A DNA stretch of 64,000 bases from Callorhinchus milii (taxonomy: Eukaryota): NCBI RefSeq assembly GCF_018977255.1, contig NW_024704742.1:17052001-17116000 (forward strand), read 5' to 3'. Of this stretch, positions 24,626 to 37,268 are shown piece after piece. The notes under the pieces are model-generated. The model did not search any database. It was not told the DNA's origin and was given only the letters and a program-made list of their open reading frames with translations. Made by a program: the position numbers and the translations under genes. Each line of letters starts with the position of its first letter. Within the stretch, counting starts at the first letter, position 1.

Positions 24626-25102
24626 ACCCAACAATAACAACAAGATTATATTTGTATAGTGCCTTTCACATCGGGAGGACGTCCCAAGGCGCTGAACAGT
24701 GTACAGCATTTCAGACCCGAGCTGGGGTCAGGGTAGGGAAGGGAAGGGGGGTTGGTAGGGGCTTACCTCCTAACCCCCTACAAACCTGCCCGTTCCCTCT
24801 GCTCAGCTAGCTCTGGCCTGCTCCACATCCCCCGACCCACCCGACCCACCACTGGCGGGAGAACCTTCAGCCACTCTGCCCCCAACCACTGGAATTCCAT
24901 CTCCCAGTCACTCCACCTCGCCCCCTCTTTTGCCTCCTTCAACTCACGCCTCAAGACCTTCCTCTTCGACCATGCCATCGGCTACCTCCCTTCCCCTCCC
25001 CTTCCTCCGCCCCCAGCTCGGGTCTGAAATACTGTACACTGTCCAGTGCCTTAGGATGTCCTCTGACGTGAAAGGCTCTCTACAAATGTAATCTTGTTGT
25101 TG
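24626..25102. mobile_element. Head-to-head pair of L2-A 3' ends (minus ~24626-24759; plus ~24760-25102)
   Basis: (CAA)n tail on the left, (TTG)n tail on the right, same subfamily-diagnostic GGGTCTGAAAT(G/A)CTGTACACTGT; TAATTTTA on both flanks. Confidence 0.85.
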
Positions 25103-25344
25103 TAATTTTAGCGAAAAAATGTAATGATGTCAGGCGAGGCCAGGATTAGACTTGGTTGTGACCCATCCCAAGCGCTTCACAGAATATACTGTAAAGTAAA
25201 TTGATTATATATTTTGTGGGCGAAATACGGCAGCCAATTGCACACAGCAATATCCACAACAGTCAACAGGATTGAGTGACCTAAGTATTATTTTTCTACA
25301 CACTCATTGAGGTACCATATCGAAAATTCTGAACCCTGTCCTCA

Positions 25345-25638
25345 AGAGCACTCGCTTTGCAAGTGAGAGACCTGGGTTCGATTCCGGCAGGGTGAAACCT
25401 TGGGCAAGTTTCCTTACTCCACACGCCTGATAATAATCCCTCAAGAAAAAAAAACAATAATACATTGGTCACTTCATTCCATGATTGTTTGTGGGACACT
25501 GCTGTGCACAACTGGCTGCCACGCTTCACCTACAAATATACAGTCAATTCACTTTACAGTATATTCTGTGAAGCGCTTTGAGACGTCTAGAAGGCGTGAA
25601 AAGCACTATATCAAATGTAAGGATTATTATTATTATTA
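25345..25638 (+). mobile_element. tRNA/CORE/Deu-3' SINE, short form, 5'-clipped
   Basis: AGAGCACTCGCTTTGCAAGTGAGAGACCTGGGTTCGATTCC..CCTTGGGCAAGTTTCC..(ATT)n. Confidence 0.85.
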
Positions 25639-26154
25639 AACAAAAAAATAAGTAGCCCAGTGACTGCTGTAACTGACAGCCAGGCGTCATGAACCTCATA
25701 ACTTGAACCAATCGTAAAACTTGATGTTTCCTCAGGTGCTATTTGGGAAATGTTTTCTTTCACATCTACCATCGTATGAGTAATTTCTTTGTAAAAACAC
25801 AATAAACTGTATACACCTGTTTGTCCCTTACTTGAACTCATCACGCTGGCTGGAATATTGTGACAGCTGCTTTATGCACCTGTAATTTCTTACAGAGCAC
25901 CAATGCCAGGGAGACCATGAATCCTTCTGGCTTTGTATCGTATCATTTCACATATTTTAAATTAAATAGGCACAGTATTTAATAGTTCTTATTGAGGGCG
26001 CGGCCAGTCAGTGCAAATGCAAGGACTGGAACACTTATAATAATAATTACATTTTAGCCCCACTTTCACTATCCAGCACTCTTTGGACCAGTGCAGCACA
26101 GCCAGATGCACAAAAGAGTTCCTGTTACAACTCTCAGTGAATACAACACATACT

Positions 26155-26440
26155 TTGGTTCTGAGCCATGAAGGTCAGGGAGGTCCCAAGTTTGATCCTT
26201 TGTCTGAACTGACTAAGCTGCTGTCTGCCAAGGCGGAGTGGGAACATCACCACTGGCCTGAGAATTATCAGGTCATAGAGTGGAATATTAGCCGAGGTTC
26301 TTGCTCCTGATCACTGGCCAGTGATTGCTGCAGGAAAAAAGAACACAATAGTGTCCATTGTGTGAGGTCAGGAATAAGCTCAGCTACAATGTCCCCACGT
26401 CTATCAAAGAGCTCACACACGAAGAAGCACTCTTTGGTCG
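26155..26440 (+). mobile_element. Ancient SINE-like repeat (AmnSINE2-like, tentative)
   Basis: CTGAGCCAT..GGAGGTCCCAAGTTTGATCC..AGCCGAGGTTCTTGCTCCTGATCACT..GTGAGGTCAGGA..GCTCACACACGAAGAA. Confidence 0.55.
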
Positions 26441-26739
26441 ATAGATCTTACGCAAAACATATCATTCACATTCCTGTTTGTTATTAACGTTGAACATTGA
26501 TGTGCTCCATACTATAACTTGCTTCAAATACATTACCACTGGTCTTTGAAGCAGATTGTTCAACATATACTTATTCATGAAAATCACTTCACTTTCCACC
26601 AAGCCCTTGGTACCATAATAAGTTAAATTACAAAGGAAAAATACCTCATGAAAAATTCACAGCCGCCATCTGAGATGTAAATTAACCTCAAAGAGTTTTA
26701 GTCATTTTGCAGCCAGTCAGATGCAGAACTTACAGGATA

Positions 26740-27122
26740 TAATAATAATAATCCTTGCATTTGATATACTGTTTTATCACATCTTTGAGACGTCGCAAAA
26801 TGCTTCACAGAATATACTGTAAACTGAATCGACTGCACTATATATTTTATGGGCGAACCCCGCCAGCCAATTGCGCACAGCATTGTCACACAAACAGTTG
26901 TGGATTGAGTGACCAATTTTTTTTTGCTTTTTTTTAAGGAGATTATTACCCCCAGAAAAGTGATCCGCCAATCGACTCTCAACCAGGTTCCTAATTACTG
27001 CTAGGTAAACAGTGGTGTGTGGAGTAAGGAAACTTGCTCAACATTTCACCCTGCCAGTATTTGAACCCAGGTTCTGTCGCTTGCGAGGTGCGTGCTCTAA
27101 CTACTAAGCTACAGGACTGCAC
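26740..27122 (-). mobile_element. tRNA/CORE/Deu-3' SINE, long form
   Basis: Reverse complement of the 17094 and 30511 copies, including the TTTACCTAGCAGTAA block. Confidence 0.85.
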
Positions 27123-27719
27123 AATGTACACAGCAATTCCTTACTTGTAGACCTAGCTTGGCAAATATACCATAGTCCCATGTCGTCTACTGTAGACCTG
27201 TTCTAGATTATGTTTTATGACTGAGAAGGCATAAAAGACAGTTGGAGATTATTATGAAGTTTGTGAACACATACATTGCACAGTATGATACATGGGAAAT
27301 TCAAACACTGTAGAGTGAGATAAGGCTATTGTAATGTTTGAAACGGGACATTTAAAAATAATGTTAAAAAAAATCTGAGATGAATATCATGGTAACTGTA
27401 TTTAAAGGTCTAAAATAAAAGGATATCATAATATGATATGACATTCTAATATTAAACAGCTGGCCTGTGATAGGATCAGACCCGCAGTTTGAGGATTTTT
27501 ATGGACTGTACTCAAGATCGTACATTGCCTAGACCACCAGGGATCAAACACAAATTCCCACTTAGATCCCAAGAGAATGCAGAAGCAATGCTGTGCCCCC
27601 AATAGACTGCAACATGTTGTCAATAGATTTATTACAATGACAGAAAATAGATCCGTAAAATTGTTAATCATCAGCAAACTAACAGCAGGATTAGATAACT
27701 GCAATGCACTTATTAGCAG

Positions 27720-28155
27720 AATAACAACATCTTGCATTTCTATAGTGTGCTTCACACAGGATAGCATCTCAGAGAACATGACTTCATTACACTTAGGCTC
27801 GACTATGTCAACTCCATGCTTGTCGGCCTTCCCAACTCTTCCCTCCACAAGCTGCAAATCATCCAGAACTCTGCAGCTTGTGTCCTCTCCAGCACCAGCT
27901 CTGTGACCCCATCCCACCCACCCTCGCGCACCCTCTGGAATTCCATCCCACTTTCCCTTTGCCTCGCTCCCTCTCTTGCCTCTTTCAAGGCACACCTCAA
28001 GTCCTTCCTCTTCGACCGTACCTTTGGGCACCCTCCTACCTTCTCCACCCGCACTGATCTCAAACCCCCCACCCCCCCCCCCCAACAGGGAACTAATGAC
28101 TGACTGTTCAGAGCCTTGGGACATCCTCCCAACGTGAAAGGCGCTTTAGGAATGT
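27720..28155 (+). mobile_element. L2-A fragment (~27778-28155, plus) abutting a short minus-strand L2-B tail (27720-27777)
   Basis: Translation LVGLPNSSLHKLQIIQNSAACVL..LWNSIPLSL..FKAHLKSFLFD. Confidence 0.85.
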
Positions 28156-28457
28156 AATTTTGTATTGTATTGTACTCTGTCCTATGGACCGCTATTTTCT
28201 AACAGATATATACATTAACAGATGTATCTCAACCTGAAGTGGTCTGAATTTGGTCAGATTGAATAAACTCAAAATGCTTCAATTCGGACTTCCAATGTAG
28301 TTTTGTTTCATCTTCTGTGTCATGTGGTAAATCAATATGATATACCACATGACATAGTATTGCTTTAAAAGCTTACAGGTATATGAGTCGTTTTTGCAAA
28401 GAACCCCACCGAAAACCCATCATAGTCATAACTATAGTGATAGGTTTAACATGTATC

Positions 28458-28566
28458 GGGGTATGGAGAAAGGACAAGAAAATGGGACTGAAAAGATTAC
28501 TCTTTAACAGAGCCAGCATAGACGCAATTAGTTGAAACCCTTCTTCTGTGCTGTGAATTTCTATGG
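28458..28566 (+). mobile_element. CR1 3' tail, diverged
   Basis: GGGTATGGAGAAAGG..AGAGCCAGCATAGAC..CTTCTTCTGTGCTGTGAATTTCTATG. Confidence 0.65.
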
Positions 28567-29067
28567 CTGTGTGTGTCAGACACCACCTGAACGAAAAAGA
28601 ATATTGAAAATTCCGCTACACACCTTTACCTGTTTTGATACCAACAATTTCAAAATAGGAAGCACAGCCACCTATCAATCCTAACCTACAACTAAATGCA
28701 ATGGTGCATTAAAGATTAGTTCTACAACTGTAGAGTCCACAGCGTTTGGTCCTTGAGAGTTGTTAAGTTTCTGCTGCCAAATTATCATCCCACAGCATTG
28801 CGCAAAGCGGTGTCCCACAAACAGTTGTGGATTGAGTGACCAAATTATCATTTTCTTATTTTATTTTTGAAGGGATTATTCCTCTCACTTCCTAAATAGT
28901 AAGTCCAGACCTATTACTGTGTGTATATCTCAGTGAGTACATACACAAACACAATGTGAATGAACTTCATGTGTTTTAAAAATTGACATTCTATATAAAA
29001 TAATTGTGAAGGAAGTTAAAGTATTAATTAATTTCTCCTCACAATAAATTTATAACACCAATAATGA

Positions 29068-29388
29068 TACTGATCTCAGCTGGAGCATCAGTACAAGCTC
29101 TGGCCTCAATGCACCTTAGCTTGGAAGGGAAAGATCAGCCAAAGTATATCTGTGTGGATGGTTAGGAACATCTGTTAAGTACATCTGAGTGATCTTGCCA
29201 TTGCCATTGCTCTGATACTTTCCCCACTGATCAGGCTGCTAAGACCCACCGCCAAGCTCACAACTGGAGAATTAGGAATTGGGTGAGGTCGCCACGCTTA
29301 TGGAATTAGGAAGGATATCCATATTTATGGAATTGCAACACAAAATAAGTCAATGGTTTCCAGAAAGGATGGAGAAAATTAGGGAAAA
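29068..29388 (+). mobile_element. Ancient SINE-like repeat (AmnSINE2-like); a minus-strand copy follows at ~29690-29860
   Basis: CTGATCTCAGC..TGGCCTCAATGCAC..GGAAGGGAAAGATCAGCC..TTGGGTGAGGT..GGAGAAAATT. Confidence 0.5.
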
Positions 29389-30510
29389 GTACTGAATAGC
29401 ATAAGAACAATTCTGTTAAATAATTTAACAGTTTGACAACTGCCAGTTTTGCCTAAATAAAGAGGGAAATGGTAGTTGATACTGACAACAGATTTCTTTA
29501 GTAGCTTTGCATTGTCAAAGTTAACAGATGCGAATAAATCCTACTGAATTTTTATTGTTTGCTTTGTCCTTTCCTTCAGTTTCTCGCTTCCTCTGTTCGT
29601 GGTGTTGACTTGGCCTGGAGTACAGATTCACAGGTGTTAATCGGTCACTCTTCAATATCTTGTCCAATTGGTCGTTCTTCATTTGTGAGTCCAAACTATG
29701 ATTTTTGGCAGGCTATTCAACCATTGAGGATATTCCAGCTGAGCTGATCCCATCAGCACCTGACATTCTCAAGACGCAAATGTATTTTCCAGTTAGGGTC
29801 ATTGGATGGAGATGAACAGCAAGATCCTTTTCCTCTTCCTTGGCTATGTGCACTGAGACTAACAATAGCATGTTTATTAGATCACAGTCTTAGCTTTAAT
29901 TAAATTAAATTTAAAATCATTTTTAACATTGAGCAAATTTTTGAAAAAATCTCAAATGAAATTTTAATTTGAAAGTTGGTTAAAAAGTACTTAAAAAGGA
30001 CACCCAATTCATGTGTAAATTTCATGAAAAAAACAAGTCTCTGGGTATAATGTAACTAATCTTGATATATTTTATTGCATCTTTTAATGGGCTTTCTTCT
30101 ACAGCTATGTACAGTATTATCTGCACTATCTTTCTCTGTTTTAAAGATCAAAAATCACAGATAACTTGACAAGAGGGCATCTCACAGTGTGGTAAGGAGG
30201 ATGCTTAGAAATGTACAGCCAACTAAAAGGCTGTAAACTGTTCCATTATCACCTTTATAAATTGCAAACAAGAGGCTACCTATGGTATAACAGAGGAAAT
30301 GCAGCGAGTTCATGGACAACAAAGAGGACAGATGTTGTAATGAAAAATTCTGAAAGTTGCATTTTATTGCAAATAGCATTATTATGGTGTTACAAAATAG
30401 TGAAGGTCAATTGTCATTGTTATCATGATCATTGTGTCTAGTCGTTATCATAGTAGGAAAATACTGACAACACATTCCCTGTAAAGTTTGCACAGTCCCT
30501 TATTGGCATT

Positions 30511-30861
30511 GTGGATTTCCTGTAGCTCAGTAGTTAGAGCACTTGCCTCGCAAGCGAGAGGACCTGGGTTCGATTTCCAGTAGGGCAAAACATTGGGCAA
30601 GTTTCCTTACTCCACACTCCTCTATTTACCTAGCAGTAAGTAAGAACCCAGTTGTTAGTCGATCGCTTTCCCGGGGGTAATAATTCGTTCAACATAAATA
30701 AAAATAATTTAGTCACTCAATCCACTGCTGTGCACAATTGGCCACCGGGTTTTGCCCACAAAATATACAGTCAATTCACTTCACAATATGTTCTGTGAAG
30801 CGCTTTGAGGTGTCTCAAAGACATGATAAGGCACAATATCAAATGCAAGGATTATTATTAT
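30511..30861 (+). mobile_element. tRNA/CORE/Deu-3' SINE, long form
   Basis: Complete head, CORE-like block, Deu 3' motif and (ATT)n tail. Confidence 0.85.
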
Positions 30862-30949
30862 GACAGTATTGGTAATGCCGGTTTATTTTAAAAGCTGGAA
30901 AATTCTTAAAGTCAGTATTAAATTGGAAGCCACTCAGCAACGCAGTGAG

Positions 30950-31320
30950 CAATGAATCAACTGACACAACAAGGTCCCTTTCAGCATTCTCCTTGGCAAG
31001 TTTCATCCTGTATGGAGTACCTTGCATTCATTTACATTGAACTTCATTTGCCAATTATCAGCCCACGTGCAAAGCCTATTACACTGTCTTTGTAGGACCT
31101 TTGCTGCCTCCTCGGATTCCACAATTCCTCCTAACTTGGTTCCATCTGCAAATTTAACTACTTTACACTGGGCCTGTGAATCCAAGTCATTAATGAATAT
31201 AAGGAACAGGAGGTTTCTCAGTACAAACCCCTGAAGCAGGCAATTAACACTACCCGATTTTGTCCTCGCTCCCTTAATGACTTCCTTCTATTTCCTTCCC
31301 TTCAGTCAATTTTGAATCCA
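30950..31320 (-). mobile_element. CR1 LINE reverse-transcriptase fragment
   Basis: Translation LFLIFINDL..KVVKFADGTKLGG..LCTWADNWQMKFNVNECKVLH (CR1 FADDTKL / WQMKFN motifs). Confidence 0.9.
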
Positions 31321-31879
31321 TCTTTTAAGAAATAATAACTTCATAGTTAAGACTGAATTCAACAATTCAATACTCTAAAATGTTACATAAATGGAGCAAA
31401 TCTGGACCCAGGTGAAATTTCTCCCCACTTTCCCGCTCCAAAAATTACTTTCACTGGGCCTAAGGAGAGTTCTGTACTTGAGCAGCTAAGTACATGTCAG
31501 ATCTCTGCTAAACCAGCATGAATGCTGATTTTATTTTAATATTATTAAGAAGGAGGTCATGCAACTCACTCTCTAATAGCATTAAGAAGCTTAACTTGCA
31601 AAGGGTTATTTTAGTGGAAGACGTGAGCAGCCATCAATTGACACCTATATTTTTACTGTGAAATTAGCTTATTGACAAACTTTCCCAATGTGGCTTCACT
31701 AGTTATCTAGAAATGTAAATCATGCTGTAAGTTGTCCTTTAATTACCAATTTTCTCCCTCCCCCGCCCCCCTCCCGGCAATGGCATCCCACCAGCATCTC
31801 ATCCAAATGGCTATTCTTCATGTTTGAAACTGGGCAATTAGAACCAATAATAATAAATAATCAATGCATTTCATATAAA

Positions 31880-32200
31880 TAATAATCAATGCCTTATCAC
31901 GTCATCAGGATTGCTGAAAGAGTCTCACGGGATATGCTGTAAAGTGGTTTGACTGTGTATTTTGTGAGCGAAACATAGTAGCCAGTTGAGCACAGCAATG
32001 TTCCACAAACAGCCATGAGTGACTGACCATTTTTATTTGGGGGATTTGTTGGCCAGGACACGGGGAGCAACTCCCTTCTCTTTTCAAATAGTGCTATGGG
32101 ATCTTCGACGTACACTTAAACAGGCAGACGGGACCTCAGTTTTACATCTCTTCCAAAGGACGGCACCTCCAGCACTGTATTGGAGCGTCAGCTTATAATA
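31880..32200 (-). mobile_element. Deu-domain SINE body and tail
   Basis: TTGTTGGCCAGGACACGGGGAG..AATAGTGCTATGGGATCTT..GGACGGCACCTCC. Confidence 0.8.
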
Positions 32201-32817
32201 TGTGATAATTGCTGAATAATGATCAAAATATATGAATCGTAGTTTATTTCTCTTATTCTTAGCCCAGGGCCACTGAGTTCAGCTGTAGTACCTGGCCTGT
32301 ACTTGCTAAGTCAGTACAGGCCAACAATGGAACCTGTTGGGATTGTGTAAAGCTCGGTGTTGTGCCATGTAACATTTTCATGAAAAAGTCCTTGGCAGTC
32401 CTTTCAAGCCTTTCACCATTTATTTCCAAATGCAATGAGACATTGGAGGTGAAAATAACCCATAACTTTGCTGGCTCTTCTCTTTCCTGGCACTTTACTT
32501 TCCCAAACCAATGAAACCGTTTATTAAATATTTATTTTTCCAAAGCCAGGATCCCTTTCAAAATTTCAAGAATACTATATAGAAAGAGGTTAGCACACAG
32601 TTAAAGTCTGCTCATTGCAGGCAATTGTTTTCCACATTCTTTAAAACTACATCACTGTATTGGTACAAGTTGTATTTTGCAGTATCTTCTTTGGATAACC
32701 GTGAGGAAGATTTACAAACTACTTTATTTTGCATTTGAAAATGTTATTTTGTTTCTGTGGGGAGCCGAAATTGATAAGATTCTGACAGGTCAAAATGCCC
32801 AGCAAAACAGTAGGACA

Positions 32818-32910
32818 ACAGGTCATCGACCTGAAACGTTAACTAATTTTCCTCTCTCCATAGATGCTGCCTAACCTGCTGCATTGTCCCAGCGACTTCT
32901 GTTTCTATTT
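32818..32910 (+). repeat. Single-arm copy of the Penelope-type repeat with hammerhead stem II/GAAA remnant
   Basis: AGGTCATCGACCTGAAACGTTAACT..CTCTCCATAGATGCTGCCTAACCTGCTG..CCCAGCGACTTCTGTT matches 17846-17921. Confidence 0.8.
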
Positions 32911-34439
32911 ATTATAGTAGGATCCAGGAATGGCTAGTTAACACCTGTGATGAGAATAAAACAGGGAAAACAAACATAAATCCCAATCTTCTCGTTGAAC
33001 AATTGGAAATTTGAGGGAACAAGGAACTTGCAACTACAGTCCCAAACAGGGAATCTATTGTCAGATTAGTAAACAATTATTCCCAATTTCTCAGAAAAAG
33101 AAACATCAGCATTGCTTGCCAACATTATTATGTACTAAGATATTTGGCATTGGTTGTATTTCTGCTTCATAACAATATAGAAAGGTCAGAACACCTGGCA
33201 TTTTCTAAGAGGAGACAGCAGCCCCATTGGGAGATGCACTGAACAAATGTACTGATCCTGAATGTTCTCGGCACAGAAAGTACTTGATCCTGATAATCAA
33301 GTTGTTGTTGATATGAGAAACCATTTGCCCTGCAGTTTCAAATAGAAAGACTATGTGCCAACTTCCAAACAGGCATCTCTTGTGGTGATTTAAAATAGCA
33401 TCATGGTTCCACACAGGAAGGCAAGATAACCTGCTTTAGGGAATCCATGTTTATTCATGTTAAGTGTCCTCAGCAAATATATTGCAGTCATTGGGCAGGC
33501 GATGAAAGAAATGAACTAAACGAAAAATATTACAGAACATTTCTCTTTATATTTTTCTGGGTCAACTCATTGCAGTTTAGGATGCAGAGGATGTGCATGA
33601 ATCTCAGGTGATTTTCACCCTGACCATTTTCCTGGTTGTGCTACCATTGTACAGGTTACGCAAAATAACATTTCCAATGTCGTTTCACACATTACATAAG
33701 GCAACTTACACAGTGAGTCATTTGGGCCAGTGTGAGCAACACTCAATTGCTACCCTTTTCATTCAGAAGTTAAATTTCATTATTAGATTAGATAAACAGT
33801 ACAATACAATTTACAATTTCGCATCATGATGATGTCTCAAAGCACTTTACACTACTGTCTGGGCACTCAAGCTGGGATGGGGAGGAGAAAAAATGATTGA
33901 AAGTGCAATCAAATAGGTAAGTCTTGAGCCAACTGTGAATATAGGGAGGAAGGGGATCAATCAAAGTGGATACCAAACCCTGGATATATGAATATGCGTT
34001 CATAAATCTGGATTCCAGGTAATGCCTTCCAGCAGCTGTCAAAGCCTCAATATTTCTTTAGCAGCTAGGCAATGGACATCTGCTTTCACCAAGGTGGAAG
34101 GAACTTTACAGGACACCTTGTAACATACCAGCCATCTTGATGTTCTAGAAGTCAATACCATATCCCAGGCTTGGTCAACATGAACAGCTTAATCCAAGTT
34201 CTCATATGAGGAGCCTTGGCCTCCGTGACGCCGACTTTACCTCCAGGGTGCTCAATAATGGCTTGAGTCCTTCCTCAAATTACCACAAATCCACCTCACT
34301 ACTTGGTACTGGATTTCATAGTGGGCCAGAGGAAGCCTCGCCTCTACATGCTCAGGAGCTCAGAACCATGAAGGAGAATGATCAATGTCATACAGAAGCT
34401 TCACCCACTCACCATTATGCTTTACTGAAGTCTGTATGA

Positions 34440-35132
34440 CATTCGCTGATGTGCTATGCCTCATTAGCGGAGGATCCCAACCTTCAGACATTAAACTAAG
34501 GTTCCATCTGTCTGTCCAGGTGGATGTTAAAGATCCTGCGGCATTATTCAAAAAGAAAAGAACCTTTCTCCCAGTGTCATCGACAACAATGCCCCAGGTA
34601 ATAATCCTTGCATTTGATATAGCGCTTTTCACGTCGGGAGGACGTCCCAAAGTGCTTCACAGAACACACTGTAAAGTGAATTGACTGTATATTTGTGGGC
34701 GAACGCGGCAGCCAATTGCGCACAGCAATGTCCCACAAACAGTCGTAGATTGAAAATGACCAATTTTTATTATTGTTTTTGGTTTTTGGAGGGATTATTA
34801 TTAGGTGTGTGGAGTAAGGAAACTTGCCCAAGGTTTCGCCTTGCCTGGAATTGAACTCAGGTCTCTTGCTTGCAAAGCGAGTGCTCTAACCACTGAGCTA
34901 CAGGACAAAAATTGTTCATTCACTTCATGGCTGATCGTGAGGAATTTTTGTGTGGAAATCAGCTGCTCACTCAAAGTGCTCCAGGACGCTACCCCGCATG
35001 AAGGTTGCTATATAAATGTAAGTTGTTGTACGTTCACCTATAAATTACATACTCTACAGTAAATCCTTTGAAGTGGTTTGAGATGATTTAATGATGTGAT
35101 AAGACATAATGACAAATGCAGGATTATTATTA
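34440..35132 (+). mobile_element. Deu-domain SINE hosting a minus-strand short tRNA/CORE SINE (34599-34906) and an L2-B tail (~34968-35029)
   Basis: Host motifs continue across both inserts; the nested SINE is nearly identical to the 17968 copy. Confidence 0.8.
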
Positions 35133-35928
35133 CTGTCAATTTGCATTGACAAAAACAATTTACAATAACACAAAAAATGCAAAAAGAAGCCCATAATAAA
35201 CCTGAACTACATTTTCAAAATAAAAGGAAGGGCCAAAGAATCCAAAAATTAAGGGTGTGGTGTCTAAAATCTACTTATGCTCCAGACAAATCTAAACATG
35301 TAAACATTGGAAATAATTAAACCATGACTGTAAGATCTATTTCTGTGCTTGGATTTTTTAACCTCTTGGGTTTTCAACTACAAAGAGAGAAATGTTTTAC
35401 CAAATGTATTTCATTTTGCATTACAAATCTTATTTATAACCAAAACCCAATGTTTACATCTTGTGGATGGCAAAATATGTTAAGTTCTCTCAGAGGTTCT
35501 GTTGTGTGATATGTTCTATATAAGGTCAAGTTATTGTCAGATAGAGATTGCCATTTGGAAATATTCTAACTCAATAATTATTCAATAACATATGAATATT
35601 GAAAAAGTCATATAGTAAACAAGTGCTCTCTGTGCTGCAAATGTGCCAACCATAGCAATTAATTATCCCGCTTCTCCTGAAAGTGGTGATTTGTGTTGGG
35701 TATAGTTTAATGGGTGCCAGCAGCCTTTGGGTACCTTACGGCCTTTATCTATGTATGAAGCTCGACAGAGAATGCTGGCAGCCATTTACATTTACAACAA
35801 CAACTTGCATTTATATAGCGCCCCTCCTGCAGGGTAGTGTCCCAGAGCGCTTGATGCTGCCAAAGTCAGATTTGCTGTTAGCGGAAGTGGGCCTTTCATT
35901 CTCTTGGTTTGCTTGAGCCATAGATTTT

Positions 35929-36251
35929 GTGGAGTCCTATAGCTCAGTGGTTAGAGTGCTCGCCTTGCAAGCGAGACACCTGGATTCAATTCCAGGCAGG
36001 ACAAAACCTTGGGCAAGTTTCCTTACTCTACACGCCTAATAATAATCCCTCCAAAACAAAAAAACAAAGTGGTCATTTTCAACCCATGACTGTTTGTGAG
36101 GGACACTACTGTGCGCAATTGGCTACCACGTTTCACTCACGAATATACAGTCAATTCACTTTACAGCATATTCTGTGAAGTGCTTTGAGACATCTAGAAG
36201 ATGTGAAAAGCACTATATCAAATGCAAGGATTATTATTATTTTTATTATTA
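35929..36251 (+). mobile_element. tRNA/CORE/Deu-3' SINE, short form
   Basis: GTGGAGTCCTATAGCTCAGTGGTTAGAG head through (ATT)n tail. Confidence 0.85.
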
Positions 36252-36825
36252 TAGAGTCCACCGGTAATCAAGAAGCATCACCGATGAGAATTTTTAATGA
36301 GAGGACCCCAGCCTAGACCGGTCTGTCCAAATAACTAAGCAATTCCAAGAGCAGAGGAAAATCTGAAGAAACTATAAGGGAAATAAAACCTTAAAAATAC
36401 AAGCAACTTTACTGCAGAAGTGTCTACATCGTCAGGATCTGTTGCCTCAAGAAATTTATTTGCACAGGAGGTGCATACATTTACTCTGAATCAGATAGAC
36501 AAACGAGATCAGATAGGATTAGTCTTCCGTACGTATATAAACAATCTCATTACCAACCGAGTTCATTTTAGATCATGCTGACCCCAAATGAATCTGCTAT
36601 TCACATCATTCATCTACATTTGACTAGCGAATGTGCCATGCTGCCATATTTTTATTGGATTGCAAATCAAAACCTTGATCCTTGAACAATTGCAGTTATA
36701 AGGAATTCATTCTTTCTGAATTCATGGGGTAAGCAATCCATAATTAAAATAACAGCAATTAATGTTCTGGATGACATAATGCTTTTTATTTGTTGCCCAT
36801 CAAACACTAATGCCAAGGGATACTA

Positions 36826-37268
36826 ACGGGGTGATGCTTGGTTAAGTCAGCACGTTACCCTTTCACCTTTGGAGGCTGGGTATAAATTTCAAATCACTTC
36901 TCTGGCTGGTGGAATGAAAACAGCCTCTGGTTATTGGTTGCAAGAATCCTACATAAAACCAGTTGCGGCACACATTCTGACACAAATTGGATTAATTTCA
37001 GGCCACAAACAGCACAAGGCTAGCTATTGTGGGAAATTGATACATTTGCACCTGTGAGGAAAGGGGTGTTCTCAAGTTTGGTTTGATGGAATGGATGAGG
37101 AGATAATAAGGTACAGGTGCCGGAGCAAAATAGAAGACTGAGCTTTACTCGTCATTTAAGGCCAGCTACAGTGCCTATTCTTGGAGGATGGCATCATTGG
37201 TTACTTAAAGTAGAAAGTATTCTATTCCCTAGTACTGAAATCCCTCATTTTAATCAGTAAAACATTCA
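36826..37268 (+). mobile_element. Highly diverged LF-SINE-like element (tentative)
   Basis: CCCTTTCACCTTTGGAGGCTGGGTATAAAT resembles the recalled LF-SINE head (CCTTTCACCTCTAGG..GGGTTCAAAT); GAGCTTTACTC and a matching 3' region at about the expected distance. Confidence 0.4.
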
